Shown here in pieces: positions 38,901 to 51,156 of a stretch of 64,000 nt of DNA. Origin of the DNA: Isurus oxyrinchus. Its lineage: Eukaryota. The stretch covers positions 93,186,001-93,250,000 of the forward strand of contig JANJGN010000021.1 of assembly GCA_026770705.1 (NCBI GenBank). Reading direction: 5' to 3'. The notes beneath the pieces are model-generated. The model was given only the letters and a program-made list of their open reading frames with translations, was not told the origin of the DNA and searched no databases. Position numbers and translations under genes: made by a program. Within the stretch, counting starts at the first letter, position 1. The number at the start of each line of letters is the position of its first letter.

Positions 38901-39300
38901 TCCCACCAATGTCAAGGATTTCCAAGTCCACAAGAGACCCCACTTTCTAAATGGTAATCCCAGACATTATTATTCCACATTTAATCATCCACTGCCTGCA
39001 TTTCAAATCTGGCAATTTTGTTATGATCCCAGCTGATGTCACAACTGGGCAAGCCAGATCTCAGGGTGGAACTTGGCTTGATAGATCCTATCTTTATTTT
39101 TAGTTTAGATACCTGGAGAGTGGCTACTGAATAGAGTCACAGGAGTCAGTTGATGAACTTTTAACGAAAGAATAAAATATTTATTAAACACTAAAATATG
39201 AACCATATTACAGTACTCCACCCACAACTGTACTTTTGCAGATATATACAGATCCATAAGGATAACACAAGTTACAGAAGCTACATCAACACATAATCAC
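36000..39300 (-). mobile_element. Decayed Gypsy (Gmr1-type) LTR retrotransposon: LTR remnant, gag with SCAN-like capsid and CCHC knuckle, protease; left boundary uncertain
   Basis: MALEVAKSFL..., coiled coil, KFEEKDVEA, WTLLFQSMLVGKA, YEALREIILLEEFK, (C/W)FHCNKAGHVQADCW, ILRHTG (decayed DTG) and LPIDGVDFILDND; LTR-like segment at about 39019-39300 ending ...TAACA with AATAAA on the minus strand; many stops and frameshifts. Confidence 0.85.
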
Positions 39301-40986
39301 AGGTCAGGAAATGGGTTTCATGACTGGGGAAATCTATGATTCAGCGTGGGAGGAGGTTTTGATTTATTGCTTAACTCCCTTAAACACTTCTTAATTACCC
39401 AACTGACAGATCCAAGAGGATCTCTGCTCAATATCAATCCAGGAAAACCGGAAGAGGTTTGGATTACTTCAGGAACCTGACCGAAATTCAACTTCAGGAC
39501 CTTCCCATTCAGATTTCCAGTATCTGCAGTGTTTTGCTTTTGTTGAGATTCACACTGAGATGGCGAGATTGAGGGGGAAGAGCCACCACTCTCCAGAGAG
39601 CAGTTCATTACATTCTTTCATTTTTAACTATAAATGCATTCAAACATATCCGATTATCTGGAGCGTTATTAGTCAAAATTTTTACATGCACCAAACAGGT
39701 GGCAAACTATATATCATTGAAATATCAATCTGCATGGCCGAACTTAAAAAAACTAACACTCCAGAAAATAGCCAAGTATTATCCACAAATAATTTCAGCT
39801 CTGGGTTGAGAAAGTGCGTTTTGGTTGATAATATATCAATTTTTTTCCACGATCAGGTCCCAGTATTTTTTTTCTTCTGGCTCATTCTCTTCGAAGTTTT
39901 CCGACATTTCAGGGGGTATCTAAGTATGTCTTTCTTTTTCACTCTTACTTGATAGCAATAATCCCAATGTCAAGGGTCTCTGTTCCCCACTGACTCACGC
40001 AGCAAAACGGAATTTTCTGGCCCCGCCGAAAGCCAATGGACCTTTTTTTTTGCCGGGCCGCCGAGTCTCCCACAGCGACAGGGCAGGAAAATCCCAGATT
40101 TAAGATTGAGACTAAGAACAGGCTCCATAGCTGGGAGCTGCGTTATAATTTCACAAGCATGCATTTCCGGTTTGGCGGCTGAGTTTACCTAATTCTTTAC
40201 TTCCCATTACACGAGGCTCTGTGCCACAAGTGGAGCCCTGACAAGACTTTACAGATTCTAATTAAACTCAATTTACACAAAGGCAGTGGGTTAGTAGGCT
40301 ATTGTCGCTCAGTGCGCTCTGAAATGAATGCTGTCATGTTCCTATTTATTGGAGGGCATAGTTTAAGGCAGATAAAACTCAGAACTTCATTAGAGGCATC
40401 TACTTGGTGCATCGAGATAAGCCTGGGCCACAGGGCTATAAATTATTGGAAGATCCGGCGAACCGTCTGCAGTTTAAAATGGAAATTGTTCTCTGCCTTC
40501 AAATGTGTTTTTCAAAACAATGAACGATCTAGCATCGAAACAACTCAGGTAGACTAACAATTGAAAATTGTTATACAGACAGTAAACAGACCAGGAGCGC
40601 TGCGTTCATGTTCATGTTTGTGACTTGAAGAAACTGGATAATTTACATCACACAGCAGGGGCTCATTAATAGTTTTTATGCTGAATGATGTTGTGGAAGT
40701 GAACATTGCTCACTGAACAAGCACATGCTATATCTTACGATGATTAAACTCTGGGCAAATTCATCTTCCAGTTCGCTTATGAAGACATTCTAATAATCAG
40801 CAGAGCCTTTATTTATAACAGACATTATTTGAATATAATTCAAAAGTGCTACCAATTTAATATATGCGAGCTTGACCCATAATGTGGCACAACGAAGATA
40901 TTACTTATGATTTTCTAATGCACATTATGAAAGTCATCATCAGAAATAGGTATGACATGTTCATGAATTTGTGCTTGCAGCTGCTT

Positions 40987-42387
40987 TTATCTTGTTGCAC
41001 AAATGTTCTTGTACTGACACAGAAGATGCTTGAAGGTTTTCTTGAAGTTATTATTACACAGTGCATAACAGGCTGGGTTGACGGTACTGTTGATGTAAGC
41101 AAGCCAGAATCCAATAGTCCAAGCTGTGTTGGGGATGCAGGTTGAACAGAACGTGTTAATGAGCACCATGATAAAGTATGGGCTCCAAGTGATGATAACC
41201 GCCAGGAGAATAGCCAGGATGGTTCTAGTCACTTTGTCCTCTCGGGATACAGCTCCCTTCTTCTTCTTAGCAGGGATATTGGTCATATTAATGATCTTAT
41301 TGTCTGCTCTAATCCCTCTGTCATTCCCATTCTTACTGATGACACCTGGCACTATTACTGCCGTAGTGCAAATGTCATCATCTTTTTGAGATTTGCTAAC
41401 TATCGTTATGCATGAGAGTTTGGGGTTGTCCACCCTGAAACAGCTTTCAGCATTACAAACATTTGTGCTCTCTTGCATTGCGCCTTCCTTCTGGTTTGAT
41501 GGGTCCACACTGATGGACATTGACTCATTGGAGAGCTTCTTCTCTCCTTGGCCACAATTATCAGCGATTATTTCACCAGTTATTTTGACATGTGGTAAAT
41601 CATCAGGAACATTCAATATGTTGTTATTATTCTGTTTCATTATTTTGCCCTTCACTAGACTGGGTAAAAAGGTGTACTTGCTTGATTTAGTCTCCTTTTT
41701 ATCCTCCTTTACACGACTCTTGCTGGCACGAGATATTTGCACATACAAAATCATCATGATAATAACAGGAAGATAGAAGCCAGCTATAGCAGTGCCAAAA
41801 GTGACAGCTGGATTTGAGAAGAACGGTGCATAACACTCACCCTCACTAACTGAGCGCTCCCCTACGATGTACTGCCAGAACAGAATGACAGGACCCAACA
41901 GGATAAACGACAACACCCAAGCAGCTGCGATCATCATCCCTGCTATCTTCGCTGTTCTCTTCACGGGGTATCTAAGGGGCTTTGTCACACAGAAGTAGCG
42001 GTCAAAGCTGATGATCAGGAGGTTCATAGAAGAGGCGTTACTGACAACGTAATCTAGAGCAAGCCATAAATCACAAACCACTGGGCCCAACGGCCAGTAG
42101 CCAATAATAATGTAGGTGGTGTATAGATTCATAGAGAATACACCAATAATCAAATCAGAACAGGCCAAGCTAAAAATAAAGTAGTTGTTGATAGTTTGTA
42201 ATTGTCTGTTTACTTTGATAGAGACAATAACCAGAATGTTTCCAATAATGGTCACCAGACTTAAAGATCCTGTCACAATCACAATGAAGACCACTTCAAC
42301 CGTTTTGTAGGCACTCCCCCTTTCAGTATCAATCAAGCCTGTTAGGTTGCTGAGAGATTTATTTGTCTCTATTGAGTTTGCCATCAT
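40987..42387 (-). CDS. CHRM2: Muscarinic acetylcholine receptor M2-like GPCR, 466 aa, single coding exon, divergent pocket
   Basis: Intact ORF from MMANS...; [50 protein letters not shown] (Gi-type), NSTVNPACY and an M2-type C-terminus [15 protein letters not shown]; acceptor (poly-Y TAG) at 42421-42422; AATAAA at 40808-40813. Probably a paralog rather than the ortholog. Confidence 0.95.
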   Translation of the reverse strand: MMANSIETNKSLSNLTGLIDTERGSAYKTVEVVFIVIVTGSLSLVTIIGNILVIVSIKVNRQLQTINNYFIFSLACSDLIIGVFSMNLYTTYIIIGYWPLGPVVCDLWLALDYVVSNASSMNLLIISFDRYFCVTKPLRYPVKRTAKIAGMMIAAAWVLSFILLGPVILFWQYIVGERSVSEGECYAPFFSNPAVTFGTAIAGFYLPVIIMMILYVQISRASKSRVKEDKKETKSSKYTFLPSLVKGKIMKQNNNNILNVPDDLPHVKITGEIIADNCGQGEKKLSNESMSISVDPSNQKEGAMQESTNVCNAESCFRVDNPKLSCITIVSKSQKDDDICTTAVIVPGVISKNGNDRGIRADNKIINMTNIPAKKKKGAVSREDKVTRTILAILLAVIITWSPYFIMVLINTFCSTCIPNTAWTIGFWLAYINSTVNPACYALCNNNFKKTFKHLLCQYKNICATR

Positions 42388-45059
42388 TCCCCTCTGACGT
42401 GTAGTTAACACTGACAAGGCCTAAATGTAGAAAATAAAATAAAAAAAAGAAATAAGATTTCAGATGTGTTGAAGTTAAAGTACAACTGGTCACTAATTGA
42501 AGTTCTATCAGTGAGAACATGAAAAGCTATCTGCTCTTATAAACTGCAATATCTTTGCCAGGAGGGACTCTGATTTAATGAGGAATCATCTCATGGGTCA
42601 CTAAATGCACAATTTATTAATATTTATTTATGTGTGTCAAGCTGAATGAAGGTGTTGATGAGTGACATTACTAACGTTCCTCAGGATTTTAGTTTCAATG
42701 ATCCAATATGACTAGGTGAAACACCTTTGTGCTCTGCAAATACTCAACTGCTAAAGGGAGAATACTTTTACTCCTTTGATCTCTTTAAGTTCATGTATCA
42801 AGACCACAAACTCATGTAAACACTGAAAATCCCTATCACCTAGGGAAGCGTTGGCAGAAGAGCAGATGTCCCAGTGTCCTCCTTCTCTCACAGAAGGAGC
42901 AAGCATCCTATCCAATTAGCTTTCAGTCAGAGGCAGACGGGAAACAAAGGCTCAGAGCTTCACCTCTGGGAGGGAGAGAACTGTCTGAGATTGAGCCACT
43001 TTATGTCGATGCTATGCACTTCAAAGCAGTTGGCTGTGGGGTTGTATTAATGGAAGCCTGACACCAGTTTTAATCCTCTCATTTCTATAATTATATAGTT
43101 TGCATGTTTTATGAGCACTGTGCTAAGTACTAGAATAGTTTTCCTGATGCTGGTATTATAAAGCAAATGTAGTCAACGAATCAGGGGATTTAAAATGGCA
43201 ACAATCTTTACCAGAGCTGGTGCTGTAACTAAAAAACATGCTCCACACTGCGTAATGTCGAATGCTTAAAAATCTGCTTTTATACCTATTAGCCATCTCA
43301 GGGCGAACACACACGCTGTTCAAAGCTGTGCGACTGACAGATGGTCTGCTCGATTCAAGGCGTTAGAAAGGAAAGGTGCAGAAAGGAAAAGTTAAGAAAG
43401 TAATGATAGATGATGGGCAGAGGCCCATGAAAGGGGAAGACAGCAAGTTCAGGTCAAGGCAAGATACAAGTGAGGCGCAAATAACCATAACTTGCTGATC
43501 AATTCATACCACTCTTCAGTTTGCCTTGCCAAAGAAAATCTCACCCTGAACACCTCCCCACCCATGCCCTCCCCTGAATTACTTGTGCTTGCTGTGCACT
43601 TTAAATCTGAATTAAACTCACCGCAGAAAGTTAGAGCTGATAATAAGCACCCTTCAAGCAACGTGACTATTGTAAACGCAATGCCAAGCAACCTCACTGG
43701 CCCTTAAGGGCTCAACTTGAATTATGATTCTCATCCCTGCAGGTGTAAATTCTTACTGGAGACCGGTGTTGTGCAGCAGTGGCTGCCTCTCTGTCTATGC
43801 TGCCTTCCTTAATTAATCAGCCACCTCTACACCCACCTGCTCTTCACTGCCTCCTCCTGGCAATGTTGAGTGGGGGGGTGGTGGTGGTGGGGCGGGCAGT
43901 ACACCTTGAGTATATTGAGTTGTAGGGTGGCTGGGTTGTGCTGTTAATGATAGAGTTGATCTGGAGACACTTTGTCAGTGGAAACTAAGTTTATTTATGT
44001 CATATTCAGCAGCCACTATACATGTGCTCTCAACTCTAACTCTATCTCTGCACTGTCTGCGAAGGTAGCCCACGCTACTCTCTTATTGGTTACTACAGAT
44101 CATGTGATCTTCCACGACAAGTAATATTCTTAAAGGTACATTACACACTAAATAAAACCATTGGTACTACACCTGGCCACCCGAACAATTCCTCCTCACG
44201 GGAGGTAGGATTTTTCTGATGGTGGCGTTTCCTGCCCTGCTACCCAAAAAAATCAGGATCCCCACCACTACTATCTGCACCACCACCAGCCCCAGCCTCC
44301 TCACCACAGCCAACCAAGGAGAGTTAATTAGCTCAAGAGAGAGAACTTCGGTCCATCGCTTTGGAGTCTGCCCCGTGTTAGAGAGCTGCCAGTCAATTTG
44401 ATTGGCCAGCAGGTCTGTAGACACAGCTGTGCCAGTAGCAACAGTGGGCAGTACTGGGAGCGGAACAAGCCCTCAAAGGCAAAATGGATATATCCAGGAC
44501 CAAATAAATATGGGGCCTTTATCCCCGGGGAGGGGAGGCCTGAGTGGTGCGGTGGAGGGGGGCAAGGGCGATGGGGAGAGGGTGGTGCGGCTCTTGATGG
44601 TGAGGGCAGAAGGGAGGGTACCCATGGGGAGCGGACATTGTGCAGATGTGGTTGGGGGGGGTGGGGGGGGGGGCGTGGTGGGGTGGTGCCCGATGTGGAA
44701 AGGGGGGTCATTGAAGGATGCGCTTGGCCTGATCAGGTGACTTTCCAGGTTTCTGCTCCTGAACCCCTCTTGCCAGCCTTAAAACTGAGACCCAGCAGGA
44801 AGCGACCTTCGGATGGTCATTAATTTCTCACCGAAGGGCCTCAATTGTAGCTGGAGCAGATGGGCCGGCCCAGGATAAAACTGCGGGTAGGTCGGTGTGG
44901 GCAGTGGGAAGGCGATCCAGGGAATGTTACACACCTCAGCCCAACCACCCCCACCCCCGCACTTCCCTCCCCCACCCCCACCAACCCAGACTGTCAATCT
45001 GCTGGCAAGGGAGTGTAAAACTTGGCCCTGGGCCTTCCTCCCTCCTGCGAAGATCTCGC

Positions 45060-45370
45060 CCATATTATTTGGAGCACAAGAACAGGTCACAGGAGCCTCC
45101 CCCGATCTTTCTTCATCTAATCCCTTCAGTATTCCCTTCTATCCCTTTCTCCCTCATGTATGCCTCTCAGTTCCCTGTTAAGTGTCGTTCACCCCAATGG
45201 CCCCGTGCGATAGCATTGTAACCATTCTGTGGGCAAACATATTTGTCCTGAATTCCCTCTTGGATTCTTCAGTCATTGCCTTATATTTCTGACCCACACA
45301 TGTTCTCTCCCTTGCAAGTTTGTCAATCGAAATCTTTCATGCTCTTAAAGACCTATATCAGTTCCTTCCA
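45060..45370 (-). mobile_element. CR1 3'-end fragment, very decayed
   Basis: Similar in layout to the CR1 3' ends at 50455-50930 and 59935-60400. Confidence 0.5.
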
Positions 45371-46194
45371 CCGTTTTACCTTTTATTGATTTTTACTTTA
45401 AAAATTTCAATATTTCTTCTATCCCCTTTTGTCTTTTTCCTCTTCTAATCCAATCTGTCTTTCCCTCACTTTATTTCACTTTCTGTACCTGGTTCGAACA
45501 TTCATCCTTCTTCTCCTTTGTCCCTCTGTTTCATTTTCTATCTTTCCTTCTCCTTAAGGCTCAGTGGTTAAGAAGGTAGACTGTGGCTCTCGTTTTCCAC
45601 AAATGTTCCATTGCTCTCACAATGCCATTGTTCAATTGTACTTCCAGAAACTTGCAGTGTGATAGAACTTTAAGATGAATGAGGCAGAAAAAAGGCCATA
45701 GTAAGAATGCATTTCTCCCATAGTTTGCAAATCCATTGCTAAGAATGTCGATTAGCTCAATCCAACTTTGAAGGTAGGCATGTGGGCAGAGCAGATGGGG
45801 AAGGTTTTGATATCTGTGCCATAATTTTGTCATGGCATGCACACATTTTGCAACATTAAGGAGTTTAGAAGAGTCAGTGCGAACTGCAAAGTTATCAGCA
45901 AAATCTTCCAGTGGCTTTGTGTAAAGACAATACAAGCCTTGCCATCCAAACGCTGACTGGGCCTCTGTAAGAAAGTTCAGAGGTGCAATGGTGACATATT
46001 TGCTGCAGCAGCTAACATGGCCAGCAGCCAGTTACAGGAATGAATGAAGCTGAAATGGCTGTTCAGAAACTAAGGAAATATGAGAGAGGCACAAATATAT
46101 GAGGGCAAAGGATAACAAAGAAACAGCAGCTGAGAAAGCGGAGAATTGGAAATAAGAGCATGAGATGGCACACATCACAGAAAGAGGTCAGAGA

Positions 46195-46525
46195 AAAGCA
46201 TATAAATTTGTATAGCGCCCATAGTCAATGGGTTTCCAAAAGCGTTTCAGAGTCAATGATTTACTTTTGGAATTGTTGCTTTGTAACGTATGAAGTGCAG
46301 CAGCCAGTTTGCACACAGCAAACTCTCACAAACAGCAATGTGGTAATGATCAGGTAATCGGTATTGTGGATTCATGGAGATGTTAATGTTGGCCAGGACA
46401 TTAGGAAAACTCCCATGCTCTTTCTTGAAACAGTTCCATCATCCTGAGAGGGGAGGCAGGGCCTCAGTTTAAAATTCCATTCAAGAGAGAGCACCTTCAA
46501 CAGTGCACACCCCCTCAGTACTGAT
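46195..46525 (-). mobile_element. Deu-domain SINE fragment (SacSINE1/AmnSINE-like)
   Basis: Characteristic segments gcagccagtttgcacacagcaaactctcacaaacagcaatg, gttggccaggaca and gggcctcagttta...cagtgca; recognised from memory of the family. Confidence 0.65.
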
Positions 46526-47005
46526 CCCCTGAAAGTGCTGCACTCCTTCAGTGCTGCCCCTCCGACATTGCAGCATTCCCTCAGCACTGATTCTCTGACA
46601 GTGCAGCACTCTTTTGGTACTGACCCTCTGACAGTGCAGCACTCACTCAGTACTATCCCTCTCACAGTGCAGCACTCCCTCAGTACTATCCCTCTCACAG
46701 TGCAGCACTCCGTCAATGCTCACCCTCTAACAGTGCAGTAGTCCCTCAGTACTGACCCTTTTAGAGTGTAGCACTCCCTAAGTTCTGACCCTCTGAAAGT
46801 GCAGTACTCCCTCAATACTTACTCTCTGACAAGGCAGCAATCCCTCAGTACTGTTCCTCTGATAGTGCAGCACTCCGTCAGTACTGTTCCTCTGACAGTG
46901 CAGCACTCACTCAGTACTGTCCCTCTGACAGTGCAGCACTCTCTCAGTACTGTCCCTCTGACAGTGCAGCACTCCCTCAGTACTGAACCTCTGACAGTGC
47001 AGCAC
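46500..47005 (+). repeat. 33-bp minisatellite (CTGACAGTGCAGCACTCCCTCAGTACTGTCCCT), about 15 copies
   Basis: 11-aa periodicity (LSTVPLTVQHS) in the ORF track; units directly visible. Confidence 0.95.
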
Positions 47006-47370
47006 CAATGATTATATATTTGCTGGTGGCAATGATTTCATGTTATTTTCACTATGGCCATTTTAATCACAGGTTCATAGAATTGTCACAGCGCAGAATG
47101 AGGCTACATGGCCCATCATATCTGCACTGGCTCTACAAATGAGCAATACACCTCATGCCATCCCCCGCCAGGTTTAGCATAACTTCCCTAATTTTCAGGT
47201 CGATCCCTCTAGAAATAGAGCCTGGTGCCTGGTTTGCCCTTTTTGTGGCCTTACTAACCTATGGTGCAATTTTTAATGATTGACGTATTGTATTCTTAGA
47301 TCCCTTTTTTTCCTCTTGCCCTCTTGGACATGCTAACTTCCAAGTAAAAAGTGAGCTGCCTGTGAGCTCT

Positions 47371-47708
47371 GGGGAGGTGGTGGTATTATTGCTGGACTGG
47401 TGATCCAGCAAGCCAAGGTAATGCATTGGGGACCTATGTTCAAATCCCACCACAGCAGATGGTGAAATTTGAATTCAATGAAAATCTGGAATTAAAAAGG
47501 CTTAATGCTGACCATGAAACCATTGTCAGATTCACTAAAGCTGTTTATAGGGAAGGAAACCTGCCATCCTTATCTGATCAGGCCTCCATGTGACTCCAGG
47601 CCCACAGCAATGTGGTTGACTCTTAAGTGCCCTCTGAACAAGGACAATTTGGGATGAGCAATAAATGCTGGCCTAGCCAGCAATGCACATGAACAAATTA
47701 ATAAAAAA
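47371..47708 (+). mobile_element. tRNA-headed SINE-like element, second copy
   Basis: GTTCAAATCC B box; same body and same head-to-tail junction (gccctctgaa|caaggacaat) as 32979-33321; A-rich end. Confidence 0.85.
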
Positions 47709-47911
47709 CCCTATTATGCTTTTTATTAAATAAACATCAGTTTTCACCCCCTCAGTATTGACTATTTCCCCCTCCTTCTCAGTTGCCCCCTGCCCCCCAC
47801 TTCCTCCCTCCCCAACCCCCACACCTACCCTGACGCGGTGGAGGAGAGCTGGTTGAATGTAAAATTAGGTAAAATTCTAGTGTTGATGCTGGAAATTCTT
47901 CTGCCTTTTCA

Positions 47912-48794
47912 TCATTTAATGAATTTAACAATTATAGTGAAGGGATATTTGACCACATTCATCAACTGCCTTCTGAACTCCATCTGAGTCACAGCAGTTT
48001 GTGCAGCAACTCAGGAGCTGCAACATGAATCCTATTTCTCATACAAAATCAGGAATTAATACAGATTCATGTCCTAAGAACCACATTCAAACCCACATAG
48101 AATACACCCCATGTATTGACCATAAGACAATGAAATTCCCTGAGGCACCAAATAGTCAATGGGTTCCCTTTGACTCCCCACCTCTGGGTCACGCAGACTG
48201 TCCCCACTGCTGTGACGCTGGAGTTTCATGCGGCTCTGCTGCTCAATAAAATATGTCTAATGCTGAAAGCATTGAGCAGCAGAATCAGAACAAGCGGGAC
48301 CCCCGGAGTGAGAATGTATTGAAAGAGCACAGCTTTTAACTAGACTCGTGATTCTGTAACATTCCTTGGTACAGAACAAAACCAAGGGGCATTCCACACC
48401 CAATACTGATCCGTTAACATAAAATACCACATGATATCCTTTAAACAGCTCAGAACAGTCACTGTTCCCAGAGCCATAGCCACAGTTTCCTCTGTGCAAT
48501 ATTTACTTCTCAGCTTCTGGCAACAAATGGCCACAAATCTATCAAAGGTGAAAGTGGTGGTGAACCAGACAGAACAGTCTCTGGTTGCAGAAAGCAGAAC
48601 AGCATGTATATTACATGTGGGGATGGAGTACACAAAAAGAAAATGTTTCCGATAAATAATTGGAATGTGCCTCATTATCAGATCAATAGCAATAACCAGC
48701 AGGTCAGCCAGTGCTATGGCCACCAGGTAGCATGAAACACATTTGGAGAGACTACATTTTCCTCAAGACAGTTTCACAATTATCATTACATTAA
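47912..48794 (-). pseudogene. GPR139/GPR142-like GPCR pseudogene, exon 2 (TM1 end to C-terminus)
   Basis: Acceptor CACAG; VNVMIIVKLS*GKCSLSKCVSCYLVAIALADLLV...DCSVWFTTTFTFDRFVAICCQKL...ILTPGVPLVLILLLN...LQLLSCCTN...VVKYPF; stops at 48763 and 48340 plus later frameshifts. Confidence 0.88.
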
Positions 48795-48949
48795 CTGTGA
48801 GGAAGAGGTATAAACAGGAAAATTATATATCAGGCTGGGAGCAATGTTAATAAGTGCTTATTGAGATGTGAATATATTTTACAATATCCAGTGATGCATT
48901 AAATTGTTTCTATTCTTTTTCATGGTCCTACTGATCTATGCTTTCTTTG

Positions 48950-50050
48950 TCAACTTGGAAGGTGAAGACTTCCACAGACTGTCAGCGTGGAAACCCCTCA
49001 ACCTATCAAGATTGAAAGCCAAGACAAAAATGTGGCAAGTCCTGATCAGGGACCTCCTGTGTGCTGATGATGCTGTACTAGATGTGCAGGCAGAAGACCA
49101 GATCCAAAGGCTCATGGGTTGTCTGTCAAATGCTTGTGTCATGTTTTCCCTCACCATTAGTTCCAGTAAAACTATAGTTATTGGGCAGGGTGTTGTGTCT
49201 CTGCCTGTGATCAGACCAGAAGCACTCAAATTCTGCTACTTGGGGCAGAGGGTGACAGACAACTTGCTTCTTGATGACAAGCTCAGCACCTGTATTAAAA
49301 AGGCAGCCTCCAACTTTGGCCAACTAAAGAAATGGATATGGGAAAACAACAAACTGGCCCGCAGGTCCAGGATTCTTATTTACAAAGCCCGTATTCTCAG
49401 TGCATTTCTGTATGGCAATGAAATCTGGAAACCTCACACCTACCAAGAACAAATTCTCAATAACTTCCAGCCCCAAAGTCTACGACACATCCTTGGCATC
49501 ACGTGGGAAGACAAAATCATCGACGGTGCAGTCTATTCTAGGGCAAACGTCCCAAGACTGCCAGCTCTAATCAAGCTAAGAAGGCTTTGCTGGCATTGGC
49601 GAGTGCACATAATGGAAGATAGCCGCATCCCCAAGGATATGCTATACAGGGAGGCAGCCCATCCAAGAGGACAGAGAGTGCACAAAGCTCCAATTCAAGG
49701 ATACTGTCAAGAGAGGCATGAAGTCCTTGACATGAATCACAACAAGTGAGAATCAAGAGCTGATGATTGGATGAAAATGGAGAAACTAGCTGAGGGCAGG
49801 AGTATTCCACCACGATGGAATGTTTCATAAACCCCCAAAGCAGACACAAGCCCTGCAAACAAGGCATCAGCACAGATCGTCCTACGCGAATGGCAAGCAG
49901 CAACCTCAGGAGTGGCACTTGAGGCAGACTGCCCCTTTACAGGATCAGCGTGTTCACCATCAAAAGAAGTGCGGCCAATGATCTCACCTGACCTCATCAA
50001 AGTTCAAAGGTTGCATTCCCATCATTCCTCACAGATGGAAGGATGCCAAC
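48950..50050 (+). mobile_element. RTE-clade LINE, 3' part of ORF2, in the GPR139-like intron
   Basis: NLSRLKAKTK, IRDLLCADDA (YADD-like), FCYLG, YKARILSAFLYGNEIW, LRHILGITWEDKI and RIPKDMLY motifs. Confidence 0.92.
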
Positions 50051-50454
50051 CTGAAACCAATATTGAATTCTACCTGTGACTATGTTATTTACTGGAGACA
50101 GTGACGACTGTTCAATAAAAGTTACCATTAAATGGAACATAATATTTCAATACAGTGACATATGAGGAAGTCAAAGGTGGCAGAAAGTGAACGATTAGAC
50201 AGTAGTTTGATTATGAGTGATTCCAGCGAAGACTTTCAAGAGGCATCTCTGTCCCAGCAGGTGAGTTTCTAAAACTCGGCATCATTAACTGTATTTATCA
50301 GAATCAGATTTCTGATTTCTAATCTGTATTGGAGACTCAAAATTTACTTTAATCTTAAGAAAAACACAACAGGTGGTAGAAATGGTGAAAGTGGAGGATG
50401 TGCCATTCATTGAGCTCAGAATGAATGGTCTACTGCGTAATAATCATTCAAACA

Positions 50455-50930
50455 TATGAATTAGGAGCAGGAGTAGGCCACTCAGCCCCTCGAGCCTGCT
50501 CTGCCATTTAATAAGATCATGGCTGATCTGATTGTAACCTTAACTCCACATTCCTGCCTACCCCTGAAAATCTTTCACCCCCTTTCTGCTTATAAAGAAT
50601 CTATCCACCTCTGTCTTAAAGATATTCAAAAACCCTGCTTCCACTGCCTTTTGAGGAAGAGAGTAACAAAGGCTCACCACCCTCTGAGAAAAAAAAATTC
50701 TCTTCAACTCTTGTCTTAAAAGGGTGACCCCTTATTTTTAAACAGCGACCCCTTGGTTCTAGATTCTCCCACAAGAAGAAACATCCTCTCCACATCCACC
50801 CTATCAAGGCCTCTCAGGACAGGGCGTCACATATACTTCAATCAAGTCACCTCTTACTCTTCTAAACACCAGCAGATACAAGCCTAGCCTTTCCTCATAA
50901 GCCAACCTATCTTTCCAGGTATTAATCAAA
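50455..50930 (-). mobile_element. CR1 3'-end fragment
   Basis: RGRCLKIRGHPFKT motif and CR1 terminal motif ggcctactcctgctcct on the minus strand. Confidence 0.85.
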
Positions 50931-51074
50931 TCCACTCAAATTAATACAGCCTCCCAGAATGAAAGGAGCTAATTGAATAGATGTAACAGTTGAACCTACT
51001 GACCTAGAAATGACGAGAAGAGTAATGCAGTTGAATAAAGTTTATGGAATTAATAACTGGATGTAGAGACTTAC

Positions 51075-51156
51075 CTGGAATACCAATAGCAGCGAGGAGA
51101 GGATAATAAAACTTTCCTAAGACAACGACGTAATAACCTATCTTCCACTGGTCCAT
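51075..51156 (-). pseudogene. GPR139-like pseudogene, exon 1 (MDQWKIGYYVVVLGKFYYPLLAAIGIP)
   Basis: ATG at 51156; 82 nt ending CCAG|GTAAGT; phase 1 joins exon 2 to give IGIPVN. Confidence 0.85.

Noticed and set aside
39859-39920. VPVFFFFWLILFEVF as the MHC transmembrane exon
   Set aside because: Hydrophobicity comes from a T-run, and the nearby AG gives phase 0 rather than the required phase 1
42388-42417. N-terminal extension of the 476-aa ORF-track call for the muscarinic receptor
   Set aside because: It starts at TTG just inside the splice acceptor; the first ATG at 42387 gives an M2-sized 466-aa protein
43942-44170. Solo LTR (TG...CA ends, AATAAA on the minus strand)
   Set aside because: No target-site duplication or related internal sequence, so support is insufficient
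44167-44424. Hydrophobic stretch LGLVVVQIVVVGILIFLG as the MHC transmembrane exon
   Set aside because: Wrong strand relative to the alpha-3 exon and no supporting splice sites
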